Source: Podarcis gaigeae (lineage: Eukaryota). Taken from it: a stretch of 64,000 bases of DNA. Positions within the stretch are counted from its first letter, which is position 1. Every line of letters starts with the position of its first letter. The notes below the pieces were generated by a model. That model did no database searches and was not told where the DNA came from. It worked only from the letters and a program-made list of their open reading frames with translations. This document shows, one piece after another, positions 45,261 through 59,807 of this stretch. The stretch is taken from assembly GCA_964106915.2 (NCBI GenBank), contig OZ066918.1; one strand, 5' to 3'. A program made the translations under genes and the position numbers.

Positions 45261-48158
45261 CTGGGAAGGAGAGATAAGGTATCAAGATGTTTCAGGGTCT
45301 CCTGGCCAGGTGCTGAATCAGCTCTCCCTTTCTCTCCTTCTCTCCCAAGACAGGAAATCAGTCTGGGTTGTGCATGACTTTCTCTGGAGCCCTAACCGTG
45401 TAATTATGCTACGGGCCCTCCCTAATTGATGCTCCAGACGATCTGTTTGTTCAGCATTCATCCTGATTTGCTTGCACAAATCTTGCCTGGTTAGACTATG
45501 CATTCGTTCTGATTTGTTTATGGGGAGGTTATATGACCACGGGTCCCTTCAGACTGGTGCTTTTTGTGGCTATATTCTGCAAAATGTCGCTGATGCAATA
45601 ATTGTGCATTAGTGGAGGGTTTACACCACCCTCAAATCTACTACTTTATGAGTTGTTCTGTGATGCCCATGGAGCACATCATCACCATCGGAAGAAGAAC
45701 TTATGCTTAGTGCAACAAAAAGTGGATAATCACCCACTGACCCCGAACTTCTGTGGTATGAAAAGTTGCAGGATTTCGGCACTGAGCTACACAACATGCA
45801 CCTATTGCAAACAAAGCAGTATGTTTGTCCTGAAACCTTTTCAGGAATGAACAGGCTTGAAAGTGGGATCCTATAAAACTGTCCTGACACCATCATGAGC
45901 ACAACTAATGATGAATATTCAAGAGAAGAGACATCTGGAAGGACCCAATGAACATGCATCCTGATTTGCTTCTGGGGTGTTTACATGTCTTCCCATTAAT
46001 CATTTCTTCATGCCACACTCTTTAGTGCATTTTGCTGTCACTTTCCAAACCACAAAAAGTCCCCTGCAAGTGGGTTTGTTGAGCTAGGGCAGCAGAGTGC
46101 TTTAATCCATTTGAATTGCACAAATCTAAATTGAATTGCTCTTGCAAAATACTGACAGTCTAGAGGCACCCTAAGCCTCCAGCAACTGCAGGTTTGGAGT
46201 GCAGAGACTTGCTGCAAGCCTGGCTCCGAACTGCAGCGTTACACTCTGCAGGTGTGACACCCATGGATGCAGATCTTTGCAAGTGATGAATGCACCCCCG
46301 AATCCTGATCTAGATTGAACCCTTGCGACTGTCCCATTTGGATCACATTCCCTCTGTCCATAGATGCCTGTTCCTGATCATCCGCCTTTTGGGGCTCCCC
46401 CTACTCTGCCGACCTCGCCCAATGCCTAATTGCTCTCTGGTACTGCAGGGTTGTGATCAGGACCGTGCGACAATGAATGCAGCAACCCCAGCAAAGCTTA
46501 AGGGCTGGTAAGGGAGGCCCAAAAGAATAAACTCATTAAGGTAAAATGTGCCAGAGCAGCGCGGAGCCATGTTCATCATAAAGGGAAAGGGGAAAATCAA
46601 TGGCAGGCACTGGCTGGGCCCTGATGCCAGGAGTAATGTGAATGGCTGATTTAGGGAACCTTTGGCAGCTGCAAAGCAGTAATTAGGTGTGTCAGGAAGA
46701 CTGATAAGTGGAGCCAAGAGCAGGTCGATGCTGCAGGTGAGGGGCCCAGCCCTTCTCAGGAAGGATGCGATGGGGAAGTGGTCGCTTTTCTAGGCAGATT
46801 TCCGGAGACCCCAAGCAGTGCTTTGGACCAAAGGAAAAGCATTGGTGGTGGGAGGGCATTTATCTTTTCCAGATATATTCCGACTAGAAATGACGTATAC
46901 TACATATCCCATCATCCCTAGCTAACAGGACCAGTGGTCAGGGATGATGGGAATTGTAGTCCAAAAACAGCTGGAGGGCCAAGTTTGGCCACCATTGCCC
47001 TAGAACAAGTCACAGGCTGCCAGATCTGATCAAGCAACATATTTCTAGGATTCGAACATGTGAAGCCATCCAAGCAAAGCGTCTGTTGACTTGGGTGCAA
47101 TTCCTAACTAGCCCCTAGGAAGGGGCTTGGCCTTGGGACAGAACCAACAGTGTGTATTTTGAGGTTAGTCACACCTAGGCATTGCAAAAGCATGCCGAAC
47201 ATCACCTCTGCTCCTAAAGCAGCAAAGGGTCTCTTAGCAGCAGTCTAGGAATTAGGGAACCACCTTTCCAGAAAAGAAAATATTAGCCCCTCTACCATTA
47301 GAGGTAGAGCATTGCCAGTGGGGGTGGGAAAGAATATGCTTTGGGGTTTCACTACTTTCTCCCTTGCGTAACCCCAATGCTGTCTCAAAGGATGTCTCCT
47401 TGCCCAGCGAGATACTTGCCTGTCCCTCAGAGATCCCAGGGCTCCTGGAGCTGCAGTCCCTGCTGGCAACTAGAGATGTGGCAAAGCCCTGAGTCAGCAG
47501 CCAAGTCTCCTCCCCCCCCCACTCCCTCTCCCCCCCCCCCGCCGCCACCCGCTGCTGCCAGAGAATCGACAAAATCACTCAGCTGGGAAATTAACTCCAG
47601 CCTTGAAACATCCCACCCTGGTGGCCAGTGAAGGTCAGGGAACTGGAGTCAGTGGCTCGGGGCTGGCAGGTGAAGAGCCCCAAAGCCAACGGTGTGAAGG
47701 AGGGGAGCCTGCACTGCCAGGACATCAGCCAAGAAAGGAGAGTGACCACTGGCCATCACCACCACAGCCACATGCCCCTCTGTGGATCACTCCCATTCTC
47801 TTTTCATTCTCCTGTTTGCAGGATAAATGTTAATGATAGGATCGTTTGTGAAGAAAACATCATGTTTTCATCATCAGTGAGTGAATGTGGACTGATGGGT
47901 GGGTACCACGTGTTTAATGGGTGTTATGGGATGGGCACGTCACAACAGAGGTGAATGGAGATGGCTCATGGCAGACAATGGGTAGGTGCAAGAACCTGGT
48001 AAAAGATGTAAGACTGATCAAGGTGATTCTTGAGAGGCAGGTGGGTCTTGATGGATAGATATCAAGGACAAGAAAGTTCATAGGGCACAGGAGAAGCTGG
48101 ATATGCTAATTGGGTTGCCAGCAGGCAAATGTCAGGAAGGAACAGCTTTCGCACTCAC

Positions 48159-48355
48159 CGGAGAAGGCGTTATTGGTGTTGAGGAAGTAGATCTCCTCCC
48201 GCCCGTCCCCATCAATGTCGCATGCTGTCACACCAATCGCATTGCCTTGGCGATCCCGCAGTGCATAATATGGGGAGCTACGTTCATCCACTGCAAGGTT
48301 CACCAGCCGGCCCCGTATCTTGTCATACTTCAGCACCAGGTTGGGACCATTGTAC
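48159..48355 (-). CDS. CRTAC1: CRTAC1 exon 3 (YNGPNLVLKYDKIRGRLVNLAVDERSSPYYALRDRQGNAIGVTACDIDGDGREEIYFLNTNNAFS)
   Basis: cttcag / gtgagt, 197 nt. Confidence 0.97.
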
Positions 48356-51300
48356 CTGAAGGAATGGAGAGCAGGAAATGTGATGTGGGAGGTGCTTCAA
48401 GGTAGCAGTGACCCTTCCCACCAGATCTCTTCCAGAAAATCAAAGTCCACCGTTCTCATTTTGTGGGGTTACCGGGAGACGCAGCAAAGGGCACATCCCA
48501 TCATTGCTATTCCTGGGGGAAAGGGAGGGGTGTGTCACAAAGAGAATGGAGCTTGAAGCCAAACATGGAGGAGACTTCAGAATGTCTATATTTATTCCAC
48601 TTGTATTCTTCTCCTCCCTGCAGTTCAGGGCAGCAAACGAGGGGACTATCCCACAACAAAAATAACAGCAAGACCAAGGTCATAACATGGGTTTCGTGGC
48701 CGTCTCCGTTTCAGAGCACAGTATCTACTATTACTATAATCCTGCTGTAAAACCTGGCACTGTAGATGTTCCAAATCAGGTAGATAGCACTGCAAAAAGG
48801 TTTTTAAATTCTTACTTTACTGTAAATAAAAGAAAAGGGGGAAACCATCTGCACCCATGAACAATAAGAACAATCCACCAACCCAGCAAATATATATATA
48901 TGTGTGTGAATGAGCTATCATACCTAATTTAAACATATATTGCACATTCATATAATCCAGCCATATGCCCAAAAGGGTATCCAAGTGAGACAGATGATTG
49001 TTTGATACATGATGCTTTAGTTGACATTCCTGCACTGCAGGCAGTTGGACTGCATAACCCCTGGGATCCCCTCCAGCTGTACAATGCTACGGTTCTATGT
49101 TCAAATGTGCAAAGGGCAGTAAGATTTTCAGACCACCGTGCAGTAGATGGTGGGTGGGTGCAGTTATAATTTAACTGCAGGGTTAAATTATAAGGATTTG
49201 GAGGTGGGCTTCTGGCTGTAGGGCTCCCATCTCTATGGAAGAAGAGTTCCTTTTTCTAATTAATTTCACTCAAATTGAAGGACTCTGGCATCTAGAAAGG
49301 CAGTACTGGGGCTCCCAGGAAATAAAAACCAGCTGGTAAAGCAAGCTAGGGAGGTGCTTATTTGAAAGCATTGAACATCTATCAGAGATCTGATGCCCAG
49401 AAGATTCAGGTTGAAATTCCCCTTGTCAGTTTGGGGATCAACACAGCCCACTTGGAGCTTGAATGCCAAACCGGCTTACGACATTGGGTTAGCCTGGAAA
49501 CCCCTGGCAGGCAACAGCTGGCACTTCTAGTACAGGGATGGCACCTGCCCGTCTTCAGGACGGCTACGGCCCAGTGGCACCCTCCCACGCCAAACGCCCA
49601 ATCAATCAGCTTCTCAGAACCCTGATAGTCAGATCCAGCATGAGACCCGGATTCTTTTAGACATCCATCCATGCTAACATCACACAATGCGAAGTTGCAG
49701 AAACGCCTGAGCAGTTTCATCTGGCAGCTAATGATGTGTGACTCTAATGTGGTTAGCATGGAGTTTGCGAAGGCTGAAAATGCACAGTCTAGAGAGAGAA
49801 AATTAATACAGCAGAGGAGAAGGAGGTCAGGTAGGGAGGGAGAAACCTTGAGGACAATGTTACAAAGCCCTGGAGAAAATAACGCTCACTAGCACCCAAG
49901 GGGAATCAGGATTGGGGCCTGATAGTGAAGCGCAATTGATAAAAAGAGCCATAGCTGCATCGGAGGCTGAATCCTGAGCATCAGAGGTGCATCACAGGTG
50001 AACATATCAATATATTGGCCAGATTCACCTGAAAGTGCTAGCACCTGTGAGACTTGGGAGAAGAAAAAGCTGGCTTTGGGAAATCTACCACACCATCACT
50101 GAAGCCATCTCAGAAGCAATGAGTTCCTATAAATGTTCACACTGTCCATTTCTTCATTCTCAAACAGAACATGGATTCAGATGCTTCCCAATGATTTCAA
50201 CGAGTACATGATAGCCAGATGATCTGAAGCTTTTCTCATATGACTGACTACAATATTCCCCCTCCTCCCCATCTGTAATCATGAACAGGAAGGAGGCTTT
50301 CATGTGATGAATGCCGTGTGAAAGGGTTAACAGCTGCTCTGAGTTCCTCCAGAGTCTTATTTCTGTCACGTTTTGTGGTTGGCATAGCCTTTGCCTGATT
50401 GGACATGCACCCCACTGAAAAGCACAGTGCTGCCTAGGCTGTGGTGAAGGCCTTTCCGGAAAGGTGGCAGTCTGTGATCCAGAGCGCGCTAGATCTGAGC
50501 AGCTAAGAAACTTTATTGGATAAGACAGTTCCACCCCTCTCTCAGGAGCTGGACACGCATTAGGAACAAGTGCAAAAGCAAATTAGAAGTAGCTAGGCAT
50601 GAGAAAGGAACTCGGCCTGCAGATGGCTTTGCAAAGTTCTAACTCTAGTCTCTCTTGTTAAGGCAGCACAACACCACTTCTTCTCGATAAAAGCTTTCCC
50701 AAGAGAGCTGAGAAATGTATTTTGCCGCTTAACCAGGTGAACTTGCCAACTCCAGTGCGAAAGGCTTTAAGAGATCCAAGATGGCGAAGCAAGATAAATG
50801 CTCTCCCACCTTGTTCCCAAAGCCAGGCAAGTTGGAGCAGAGGGCTGGGCGCTGTTGCTACATACCATTTCATTGTTCTAGGGCCCATAAAACTCATTTG
50901 GACATCGGAAAATTAAAGGGAGTACATGAAGCTTAAAATGTAGCTTTTTGATATGTATGAACATGCTCAAAGTCTCTCGGATCTTGTAATAATCTCAGCT
51001 AAGTTACTTGTACCAGATAGGGGCCTGAATTTTGAGAGGATCTCCTTAGGACGCATGCAAGAGGAGTTGCAAAGGCGTTCTGTTGCCTTTCCCCTTCCAA
51101 TTTTTAAAAAGTTGTCTAGTGCCTCTTGCACAGATGAGTGAGCACCAGTTCCCAGCTTAGGGCTTTCTGCCTGGGCTGACTCAGCAAGCGCTATACCCTG
51201 GCCTCGGATAAACAAGTTACACAAGCAGCAGTCATTGGGTTATGAAATGTCCCGTCTCTGTTTATGGTTATGGCCTGGCACGGGAGGGAGGGAAGCAGAT

Positions 51301-51924
51301 AATTGCTTTTCCCCTCCCCATCTCCATGGGATGGTTGCAGCCAAGCTCCCTGGGAGGGTTTTAATTCCCCCCCCTTCCCATCTGGCCCACCCACTCCTCA
51401 TTCTTAGACAAGGAAAATATGGAGCACCGCCCTTGTCAAGACTACAGAACACAGATGGGATGGGTGATCCAAACAGACTCCTTAGCAATGGAGTAGGGGC
51501 ACAATCCCATTTCAGACCACAGTGAGCACTTACTCTGGGACTGGCAGCAAACCCTTGAGCTGGCACGTGTCAGTGATCAAAGAGAAGCCAACAGCAGCAA
51601 ACCTGCTTGTGCCCAAACTTGTCTTCATGTGATGCATCCAGCTCCTTAGCACACCCCCTCCCAGTGCTAACATTTCGCATCTAGGCACAACAGCAGCATC
51701 TGTGCTATTAAGACTCCAAGTATCAACAATGTGGCCATGGACCATGTGGAAGTGGTATCTGAATTGACATTGCTGAATATGGTCAGCTTGGAGGCAGACA
51801 CTCCATTGGCAGAGGAAGGAAGATACCTGCAACAGAGATTGCCAGGTCAGTCTGGTCTCACTTCAGCAAGACTCAGCCAGTCTCTGGTATGAGCACATCT
51901 TGGACAGCAAAAGCTTCTCTGGCA

Positions 51925-53308
51925 TGCTGTCCCTATTTTCAAAAAAGGGGAAAAGAGAGGACCCAAATAATTACCACCCAGTCAGTCTGACATCAATACC
52001 AGGGAAGATTCTGGAGCAGATCATTAAGCAAACATTCCTAGAAAGGAATGCTGTGATCACCAATAGTCAGCATGGACTTCTGAAAAATAAGTCATGTCAG
52101 ACTAACCTGATCTCATTTTTTGACAGAATTACAAGCCTGGTAGATGAAGGGAACGCAGTGGATGTAGCCTACCTTGATTTCAGCAAGGCATTTAACAAGG
52201 TGCCCCATGATATTCTTGTAAAGAAGCTGGTAAAATGCGGTCTTGACTATGCTACCACTCAGTGGATTTGTAATTGGCTGACTGACCGAACCCAAAGGGT
52301 GCTCATCAATGGTTCCTCTTCATCCTGGAGAAGAGTGACTATTGGGGTGCCACAGGGTTCTGTCTTGGGCCCGGTCTTATTCAACATCTTTATCAACGAC
52401 TTGGATGATGGACTCAAGGGCATCCTGATCAAATTTGCAGATGACACCAAAGGGAGGGTGGCTAACACCCCAGAGGACAGGATCACACTTCAAAACGACC
52501 TTGACAGATTAGAGAACTGGGCCAAAACAAACAAGATGAATTTTAACAGGGAGAAATGTAAAGTATTGCACTTGGGCAAAAAAAATGAGAGGCACAAATA
52601 CAAGATGGGTGACACCTGGCTTGAGAGCCAGGTGTGAAAAGGATGTAGGAGTCTTGGTTGACCACAAACTTGACATGAGCCAACAGTGTGACGCGGCAGC
52701 TAAAAAAGCCAATGCAATTCTGGGCTGCATCAATAGGAGTATAGCATCTTGATCAAGGGAAGTAATAGTGCCACTGTATTCTGCTCTGGTCAGACCTCAC
52801 ATGGAGTACTGTGTCCAGTTCTGGGCACCACAGTTCAAGAAGGACACTGACAAACTGGAACGTGTCCAGAGGAGGGCAACCAAAATGGTCCAAGGCCTGG
52901 AAACGATGCCTTATGAGGAACGGCTAAGGGAGGGGGCATGTTTAGCCTGGAGAAGAGGAGGTTAAGGGGTGATATGATAGCCATGTTCAAATATATAAAA
53001 GGATGTCACATAGAGGAGGGAGAAAGGTTGTTTTCTCCTGCTCCAGAGAAGTGGACACGGAGCAATGGTTCCAAACTACAAGAAAGAAGATTCCACCTAA
53101 ACAATAGGAAGAATTTCCTGACAGTAAGAGCTGTTCGACAGTGGAATTTGCTGCCAAGGAGTGTGGTGGAGTCTCCTTCTTTGGAGGTCTTTAAGCAGAG
53201 GCTTGACAACCATATGTCAGGAGTGCTCTGATGGTGTTTCCTGCTTGGCAGGGGGTTGGACTCGATGGCCCTTGTGGTCTCTTCCAACTATGATTCTATG
53301 ATTCTATG
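51925..53308 (+). mobile_element. 5'-truncated CR1 LINE (reverse transcriptase part of ORF2 plus 3' UTR)
   Basis: RT motifs YHPVSLTSIPGKILE, YLDFSKAF, GVPQGSVLGP, FADDTK; several frameshifts and stops; terminal (ATTCTATG)2. Confidence 0.97.
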
Positions 53309-53479
53309 CGCTGGAGGAGATACTGGGCATGTGAGGGGGTGTTTGCTATAGGATGCTTCTTGAAGTTGCACCAGCACTAATGACAAAACCAGAAGATGAA
53401 AGGGGAAATGCTACCATCTGACGGGTGGAGAAATAATGGAATTCCTCCCCAGAGAACACTTAATGCATTGTTGAAGCTC

Positions 53480-54050
53480 TTCTACATAGATCAGACCTGG
53501 ATTTGGTGTTATTTGATTTCTATTAGCAAGCTGGAGAACCTACTTATTAATCTTGCAGGTGACACAAAACTAGCAAGTTCTGTGGACATTTTAGGGGATA
53601 GGAGTCAAATTAAAAATGAATTTGGCAAATCAAAATCCTAGCCAGGGGAAAAGAGGAAAATAGGAAGCATTTTGAAGGAAAAAACCCCAACTGAACTTCA
53701 GAAAAACTTGGCTAGGTTGGCAGTAATACTGCCGAGAAGTGTCTGGAGTTATAGCGGATCATAAACTAAATGTGAGCTAGGAGTATGGCAAAAGCAGACA
53801 AAATATTGTTTTGAGGCTGCCTTCTCAGAAGCAGTGTGTCTAAGAAGCAGAACCTACTTGCTCTGTTCAGCACTGCTCAAGCCACCGCTGAAGAAGTAGC
53901 GTCTCCTTTAATAAGAACATTGACAAATTGGTGACAGTTCAGGACAGAATGATGGAGATGCCAGGTTTGGAATGCAAGTCCATGAAGAAAGGTCAGTGGG
54001 ACGATGGGACAAAAAGGATGGATGGATTCAGGTTAAACACAAATATGGGT
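53480..54050 (+). mobile_element. Ancient degraded CR1 fragment
   Basis: LLINLAGDTKLASSVDILGDRSQIKNEF resembles CR1 IKFADDTKLGG..DR..IQNDL; downstream is collinear with CR1 but heavily decayed. Confidence 0.65.
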
Positions 54051-57000
54051 AAATGAGCAAGTTTGCTGAGTTGATGCAGACATTTCCCTTTACTAAAACT
54101 TTAAGAAGTCATATCAGATATAGACCCGCCAGAGATGCTGTAGATCAGGGATGGTGTTTCCACAGCCCCCCAGAAGTCATTGGACTCCCATCATCCCTGA
54201 TCACCAGCCATGCTGGCTGGGACTGATGGAAGCTGGAGTCTGGAGAGCATCCTGTTGGCTATTCCTGCTGTAAAGAAATTGTGCAATCCCAGTAATTCAT
54301 GATTTAGCAGCACTCACTGGAATCAGAGTTCCTTCAAATTGTTTGTGTCATGAGGAGAGCAGTCTTCATAACTATATCCATGTTAATATTAGTAGTAATG
54401 GTAGCAGCAGATCTCCACAGCCTAGATTTGTCTCATGAGGTGTGGGGTTTCTGTCTCACAGTGTTAAAAGTATTGTGGCTTGCAGTTCCTCAAAGGCTTC
54501 TTTCCTACACGGTTTCCTGACAGTCTAGAACATAGAATCATAGAAACGTAGAGTTGGAAGGGACCACAAGGATCATGTGCAGAGGTCTCCAAGGGACAGT
54601 CCAATCAGGGCAATCTGTGTATTGTCTGACACTTCCTTTGCTGAGGACTGCATCCTATTTGGCTAGCAGATTAAGGGGACCCTTGGGATACAGCTGAAAT
54701 CCTGTTGCTATTGCAGTATGGCTCAAGGGGGTGGGGCTGTCCTCTCAAGGATGCCCTCCTGGACCTGCACACAGAGTCTTTATTATGCTTGCATGGAAAC
54801 CTCCTTTGATGTCTGCTCCCTCCAGATGCAAAACTGTTGGATCCCTATCAGGACAATGTGGAATGGGCCGGATGGCTGGCTCTTCAAGCAGCTGGCCAAG
54901 CTTCAACTCCGCTCCTCATCCCCGCCAACTGGAACTAGGAAGATTGGGGATACGCACAGCTGAATGCCTTGCTCGCTGCTGTGCACCTTTGCAAGCCAAG
55001 TATGCCAATAATGAGCTGGGGCACTTCCTCGCTCTGCAGCCAATTAACGCAATGTCAATTGGTGCACACCGAGGCCTGTCAGCACAGCAAGAGAGAACCT
55101 GGAGAGAAAAGGCTTGCCCCTCCCTCCAAGAGAATGCCAGCAGCTGCTCAGCCCAGGTGAGATACCACTGGCCAGAGTGCCGAGTCACAGCAAGGGAACC
55201 TTTGCTTTTCCTTAGGTACAAACCATTTTTTCACATTGCTTTTTCCTGCCGTCAGATACTCAACCCTAAAGACTAGGGAGAGGGTAAGGTAGTTTGGGTT
55301 CCAAGTCAAAAGTCCTAACCTGCTTGGGACAAGGATACGCGAAGAATCGCCTTGTCTCACATATGCACAGCCAAACACTATCTATGGTCAGTTTATGAGG
55401 CCTCTCTCTGGTACTCCCATGAATGAGGTTTTGTGGGTAGCAACCAGAGGGCAAGAAAGAGTCCTTTTAGTGGGGCATCTTTGTTTTGGAATGCCTTCCC
55501 TAAAACCTCTTGCCTCTGCTGTGGTCTTTTTGGTGCCAGGTGAACCCCTTTTTATTTTCCTAGGCTTCCCTATCTTAAAAGTTCTATCTTAAATTTATTA
55601 GCACTTTTAAGATCTTTTCCACTGTTGTTGTTCTCCACTGCTGGTTTTAAATCTGGATTTATTCTGCTGCCAGGTTTAGTCTGTTTTCGGTTTTATGCTT
55701 ACCTGTTATTATATTTTCACATATTATTGTCTTGTTTTAGTGCAAACAGAAAGGGACTTTTGTTACTGGGCAGTACAGAAATACGGTAAGTAAGTAAACA
55801 AGTAAGTAAATTACAAGATGGCAGCCACATCATAAAGAATGTGGTGGAAACTCTGGCCTGATATGCTGATGGGGCGAGGGTAACTTCTGCAGCCAGGAAG
55901 TGTGCTGCTATGCGGATGACCACACTCTGGAAAAGAATGGCTATCCACTTGGAGGAAAGGAGCTGGATAAGTGTGCATGAAGTCAGCTCATCTGCATAGG
56001 CTGTGTCAAAGGCTGCTGACCTTAGAGCTGGGCAAGAGGACTTGGCGAAAAGAGAGAGGGCTTGCCTCACCTTTGAGTGGATGGCCAGCTCAAGGCACAC
56101 ACCACAGCAGTTCAGCATTAACACAGGTGATATGGGGCGTTGGGTATTAGGGCAAATGGGATATAGCTGCTCAGTGAATATGGCACCAAACACACACATG
56201 AAGGTGGTATAAGGAGGAATGCAAAAAAAGAAGAGGGGCAGACTTTGGGGGCAGGAAAAAGGAACGGAATGAGTGCCTGGAATCCTGAACTCCACGTTGC
56301 AACATTTTGTTGCATGACTCACTTGTTTGTAATGTTAAAGAACAAGAGCCCAGGATCCTTCTGAATGGAAGGAAGTGCATCTACTTTATATAACGATGCC
56401 TGGAAAACAAGTTGGGCCCTGTATCACAAAGTAAAGGAGCCAACCCCTCAGCTAAACTTGTTACTGCAAAAGAAATTGTGCTTCTTTTTGTGTTCATGCA
56501 GCACAAAGAGAATTAAAGCATTCTGGACTGGGGAAGCTTGGGATGGAGTGCTCTGTTCCACAAAGGCAAATGCAGAATGTGCTTGCATGGAGCAAGGTGG
56601 GGCAAGGAGGCAGGGGACATAGGTGGCCATAAAACACACAATGTGGCTTTGGACAGCTGAGCGCAGCAGCCCAAGAGAAAATTCTGGGACCCTAATATCC
56701 CCAAGCCTTTACAAGCCGTGTTATTACTTTGTCTTGCTGCTGTATTAAAGATGGGCAGGACAGAGCAACACCTAAGGAGGAATTCAAGGGAGGCTATGAA
56801 GAAATGAGATTTCTTTGGAAAGTGAACTCAGCCGAAGAGGTGAATACGATCCAGGAAACGCCAGACATAAAAGTTATCCGGCAGATATATACTCCTTCCC
56901 CCAGCTCAGTGCAATTCAGAGAATGTTTTATGGGCCGGACAAGTTATACAAGTGGTGGCCAAGTATAAAGGGACAGCCCCCCTCCAGTGCCCATCCACCA

Positions 57001-57253
57001 GGTCATGACTCCCGGGTGGCCAGCTAGCAAGGGGGGCTCTAAGGCAGCTGCAGGCAGAAACAGTTTGTCAGAGAAACGACTTGGGAAGACAGCTGCTAAA
57101 GGAAAGCTTTACTGCAGATGCACGTTCAGGCCTCCATCCGTACCTTTGCACTGTTATTACTTCAGGTTTATTTCAGGTGCTACAGCCTGACCCCATCATG
57201 TTGAACATCAGAATGAAAGAGCAGAAATATGCACCTTTTTCATCTCTCTAGAA

Positions 57254-57668
57254 CCCGCCCTCCAGCTCATGGACCAAACTTGGCCCATGCCAGGGGTTCA
57301 GATTTTGCCTGTGAGGCTGTTTCCGCCAAACCACACACACTTGCCCCCCACTCGATGTCAGTGTGACATCAATGTGGGGCCGGTATAGATACAGTTGCCA
57401 ATGCACAAATCGGGAGTCTTAAAAGTGGGTCCACAGTTGTGCGTTGAGAAGGGAAAGCAGGCTTCAGCCAAAGCGAAAGCGAAAGCTGGCTAGAACCAAA
57501 ATCTGCTGGATGATTGCATAAAGCAGGACTTGGCTCTACCACCCATCAGATGATGCCTGCTGCACTGCATGTGAATGGTGCTTTGAAGTCCCGACTTTAG
57601 GACTTCAAAGCTCCTAATCACCTGGTGTCAAATTTGGCCAAAGGAGCCAAAAAGATTTCTCACCCCTG
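57254..57668. mobile_element. Degraded hAT-like element
   Basis: CTCTAGAA direct repeat at 57246-57253 and 57669-57676; right end TCTCACCCCTG resembles a hAT TIR; left end is eroded. Confidence 0.45.
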
Positions 57669-57953
57669 CTCTAGAACAAAGGGGAGGTTGAGGACACCAA
57701 ATGACACCAAGCCCACACTTGCCTCCAGCCTAGAATCTCCACAATAACCCAGAAAGACAGGCCATCTCCCCACCCCACTGCCTGACACATGTCAAAGATG
57801 CATGTATACCTAGCCTAGACTTGTGAATGTGTATGTGAACCTGCCTAGACCTGCATCATGTCAAAGCTCACCCCAACCATGGCACCCTCTTTCCTGGCAG
57901 CCATCTCCATTCTCATACCTCTTACAGCACCCAGTATTATCCATGGTACCCAC

Positions 57954-58156
57954 CCAGCCACGATGATCTCAAAGTCTCCATCCTGGTCCACATCAGTCAC
58001 GGCCACACCATAATTGAGCTGGGTCGGATTGCTGTCATAGTCAGGCGGGAGGATCTGATCCGTGATGGCTGTGAACATGGGCTCGCTTCGCTGAGATCCT
58101 TCACCAGGCCAAGCCAGGACCAAGCTCCACAACAATAACAGCCGCCACTTTGACAT
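57954..58156 (-). CDS. CRTAC1: CRTAC1 exon 2: signal peptide and start of FG-GAP region (MSKWRLLLLWSLVLAWPGEGSQRSEPMFTAITDQILPPDYDSNPTQLNYGVAVTDVDQDGDFEIIVAG)
   Basis: cttgtag acceptor directly before ATG, gtgggt donor, 203 nt; matches recalled CRTAC1. From this ATG the B isoform is 635 aa and the three-EGF isoform 681 aa. Confidence 0.97.
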
Positions 58157-59552
58157 CTACAAGGAGAGAAGCAGGAGACTGTCAGTCCTGTTGCCCTCAC
58201 CCATCCAGCTGCTGGGAAATTTCCCCCCAGGCGTAAATTCTGAGCCATATTTCTGGTCACAGTTTTCAATGTGTGTGACTGCTCCCCAAGGGAGATGAGC
58301 CTCTCATTTGGATATGGAAGTGAACGAATCCCGCCTTGTTCTAGCCTGGGCTCAGATGGTGTTAGTACTCCAGAAATCCCCCTGGTCTCCATCCATGGCA
58401 GACTATGCGCCTGCAGAGAGTCTGCCTGTTTCAGTGCTACTTACCCTGCAAATAATTGCATTTGGCAGGCGATCTGATGCAGCCTGCCTTATTGTTGGGA
58501 GAGAGCCACCCTGCCATTGCAGATCCCAGGCAAACAGCCCCAGTCTTTGGGTTTAGGCCTGGTTGCCTATTGCTCAAGTGCCAGTGATCCCCCACACTCC
58601 CCAATTCAGCGCAAGCAGGAATAAGGAAAAGCAATGAAGTTGTGTTTCTTAATCCTCTGGGCTTGCTGGGGGAGAGCTCTGGAATGTGAAAGCTGTGGCA
58701 GCCTTGGGCTGGTGCCCAAAGCAGGAAGTGTTAGGACTACGATTGATGCAAAAAAGAGAGAGAAAAAAGTCTAGGGTGGAGATTTTTTTGACCTAAAGTG
58801 AATTCAGCTGTCGCACAGATTTCACATTGAGATGCGAAACCAGGCTTGCTCCAGAGTTCCACATCACGGTTGAAGAGAAAACAAACAAAAACGACAGTGG
58901 ATTAGACCTCACAGATACTCTGCCCTCTTCAGGACTTTGATAGGAAGAGGGAGATCCTGAGTTAGCCTGTGCCTCCAAGCAGAATGACCCATCTCTACCC
59001 TTTGACTGCATCAAAGAGAAACAGAAGATTCTGTCTCTGGACTGGACTGGGCTGGGAGGGAGGGAGGGACAGGAGAGGAGCAGCTATAAACTGAGTGCCA
59101 GGCAGAAACAGTACTTGTGTGCTTATCTTCAATCTGGAGTTCTGTCACTTCTATAGGAAGATGTATATATGCACAGCCTTCTTGCTAGCCAGACGTTTGC
59201 TGGTGACCGTGAAATTAAATTAGCACTCATAGAGAATTAACACACTGTATGATGCATGGGCGAAATAGACAGAAATTCAGAATTGCTACAAAAGTGGAAA
59301 GGCCTTCTGCACTCCAAAACTCCCAGTGGGACACTACAAACATTTCTCATAATGGAAAAGGCCTTACAGGGATCTAAGTTCATTAAAGCCATAAGCATAA
59401 GTGGCCTTCCTAAATCAGATCAAGGGTTCATCTAATTCAGGTCTCTTTCCAGCCAAGGCCATGAAACACTCGTAAGCAGGTTAATCCCTCCAACAGCCAG
59501 CCAGAGGTATACTGCCCTTAATCAAGGAGGCTCAATTTGGAGCGTCAAGGTG

Positions 59553-59700
59553 AGCCAGTGTGGCTCAGTGGTTAGTGGGTTGGACTAAGACTGGGGCCCT
59601 GTTAAGCTCACTGGGTGACCTTGGGCCAGCTACTCTCAGCCTAACCTACCTAACCTACCTCGCAGGGTTGTTCTGAGGATTAAATGGGGAGAGGTGGGAT
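59553..59700 (+). mobile_element. MIR-like tRNA SINE fragment
   Basis: agccagtgtggctcagtggttag head and ctgggtgaccttgggccag...cctcgcagggttgttctgaggattaaatg core. Confidence 0.6.
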
Positions 59701-59760
59701 ACATATGCAAGCAAGCAAGCAACAAATAACTATACTATTCCATTTCACCACATCTGTAGG

Positions 59761-59764
59761 ATAA

Positions 59765-59804
<40 letters not shown>

Positions 59805-59807
59805 AAA
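59761..59807. repeat. (AAAT)n microsatellite
   Basis: Direct reading. Confidence 0.95.

Noticed and set aside
51900-53231. 245-aa reverse transcriptase ORF as a functional or domesticated gene
   Set aside because: 5'-truncated CR1 with frameshifts, in-frame stops and small deletions; a dead copy.
54718-56322. 181-aa and 201-aa ORFs in CRTAC1 intron 2
   Set aside because: No recognisable domain or splice structure; the region looks like decayed LINE sequence that I cannot classify confidently.
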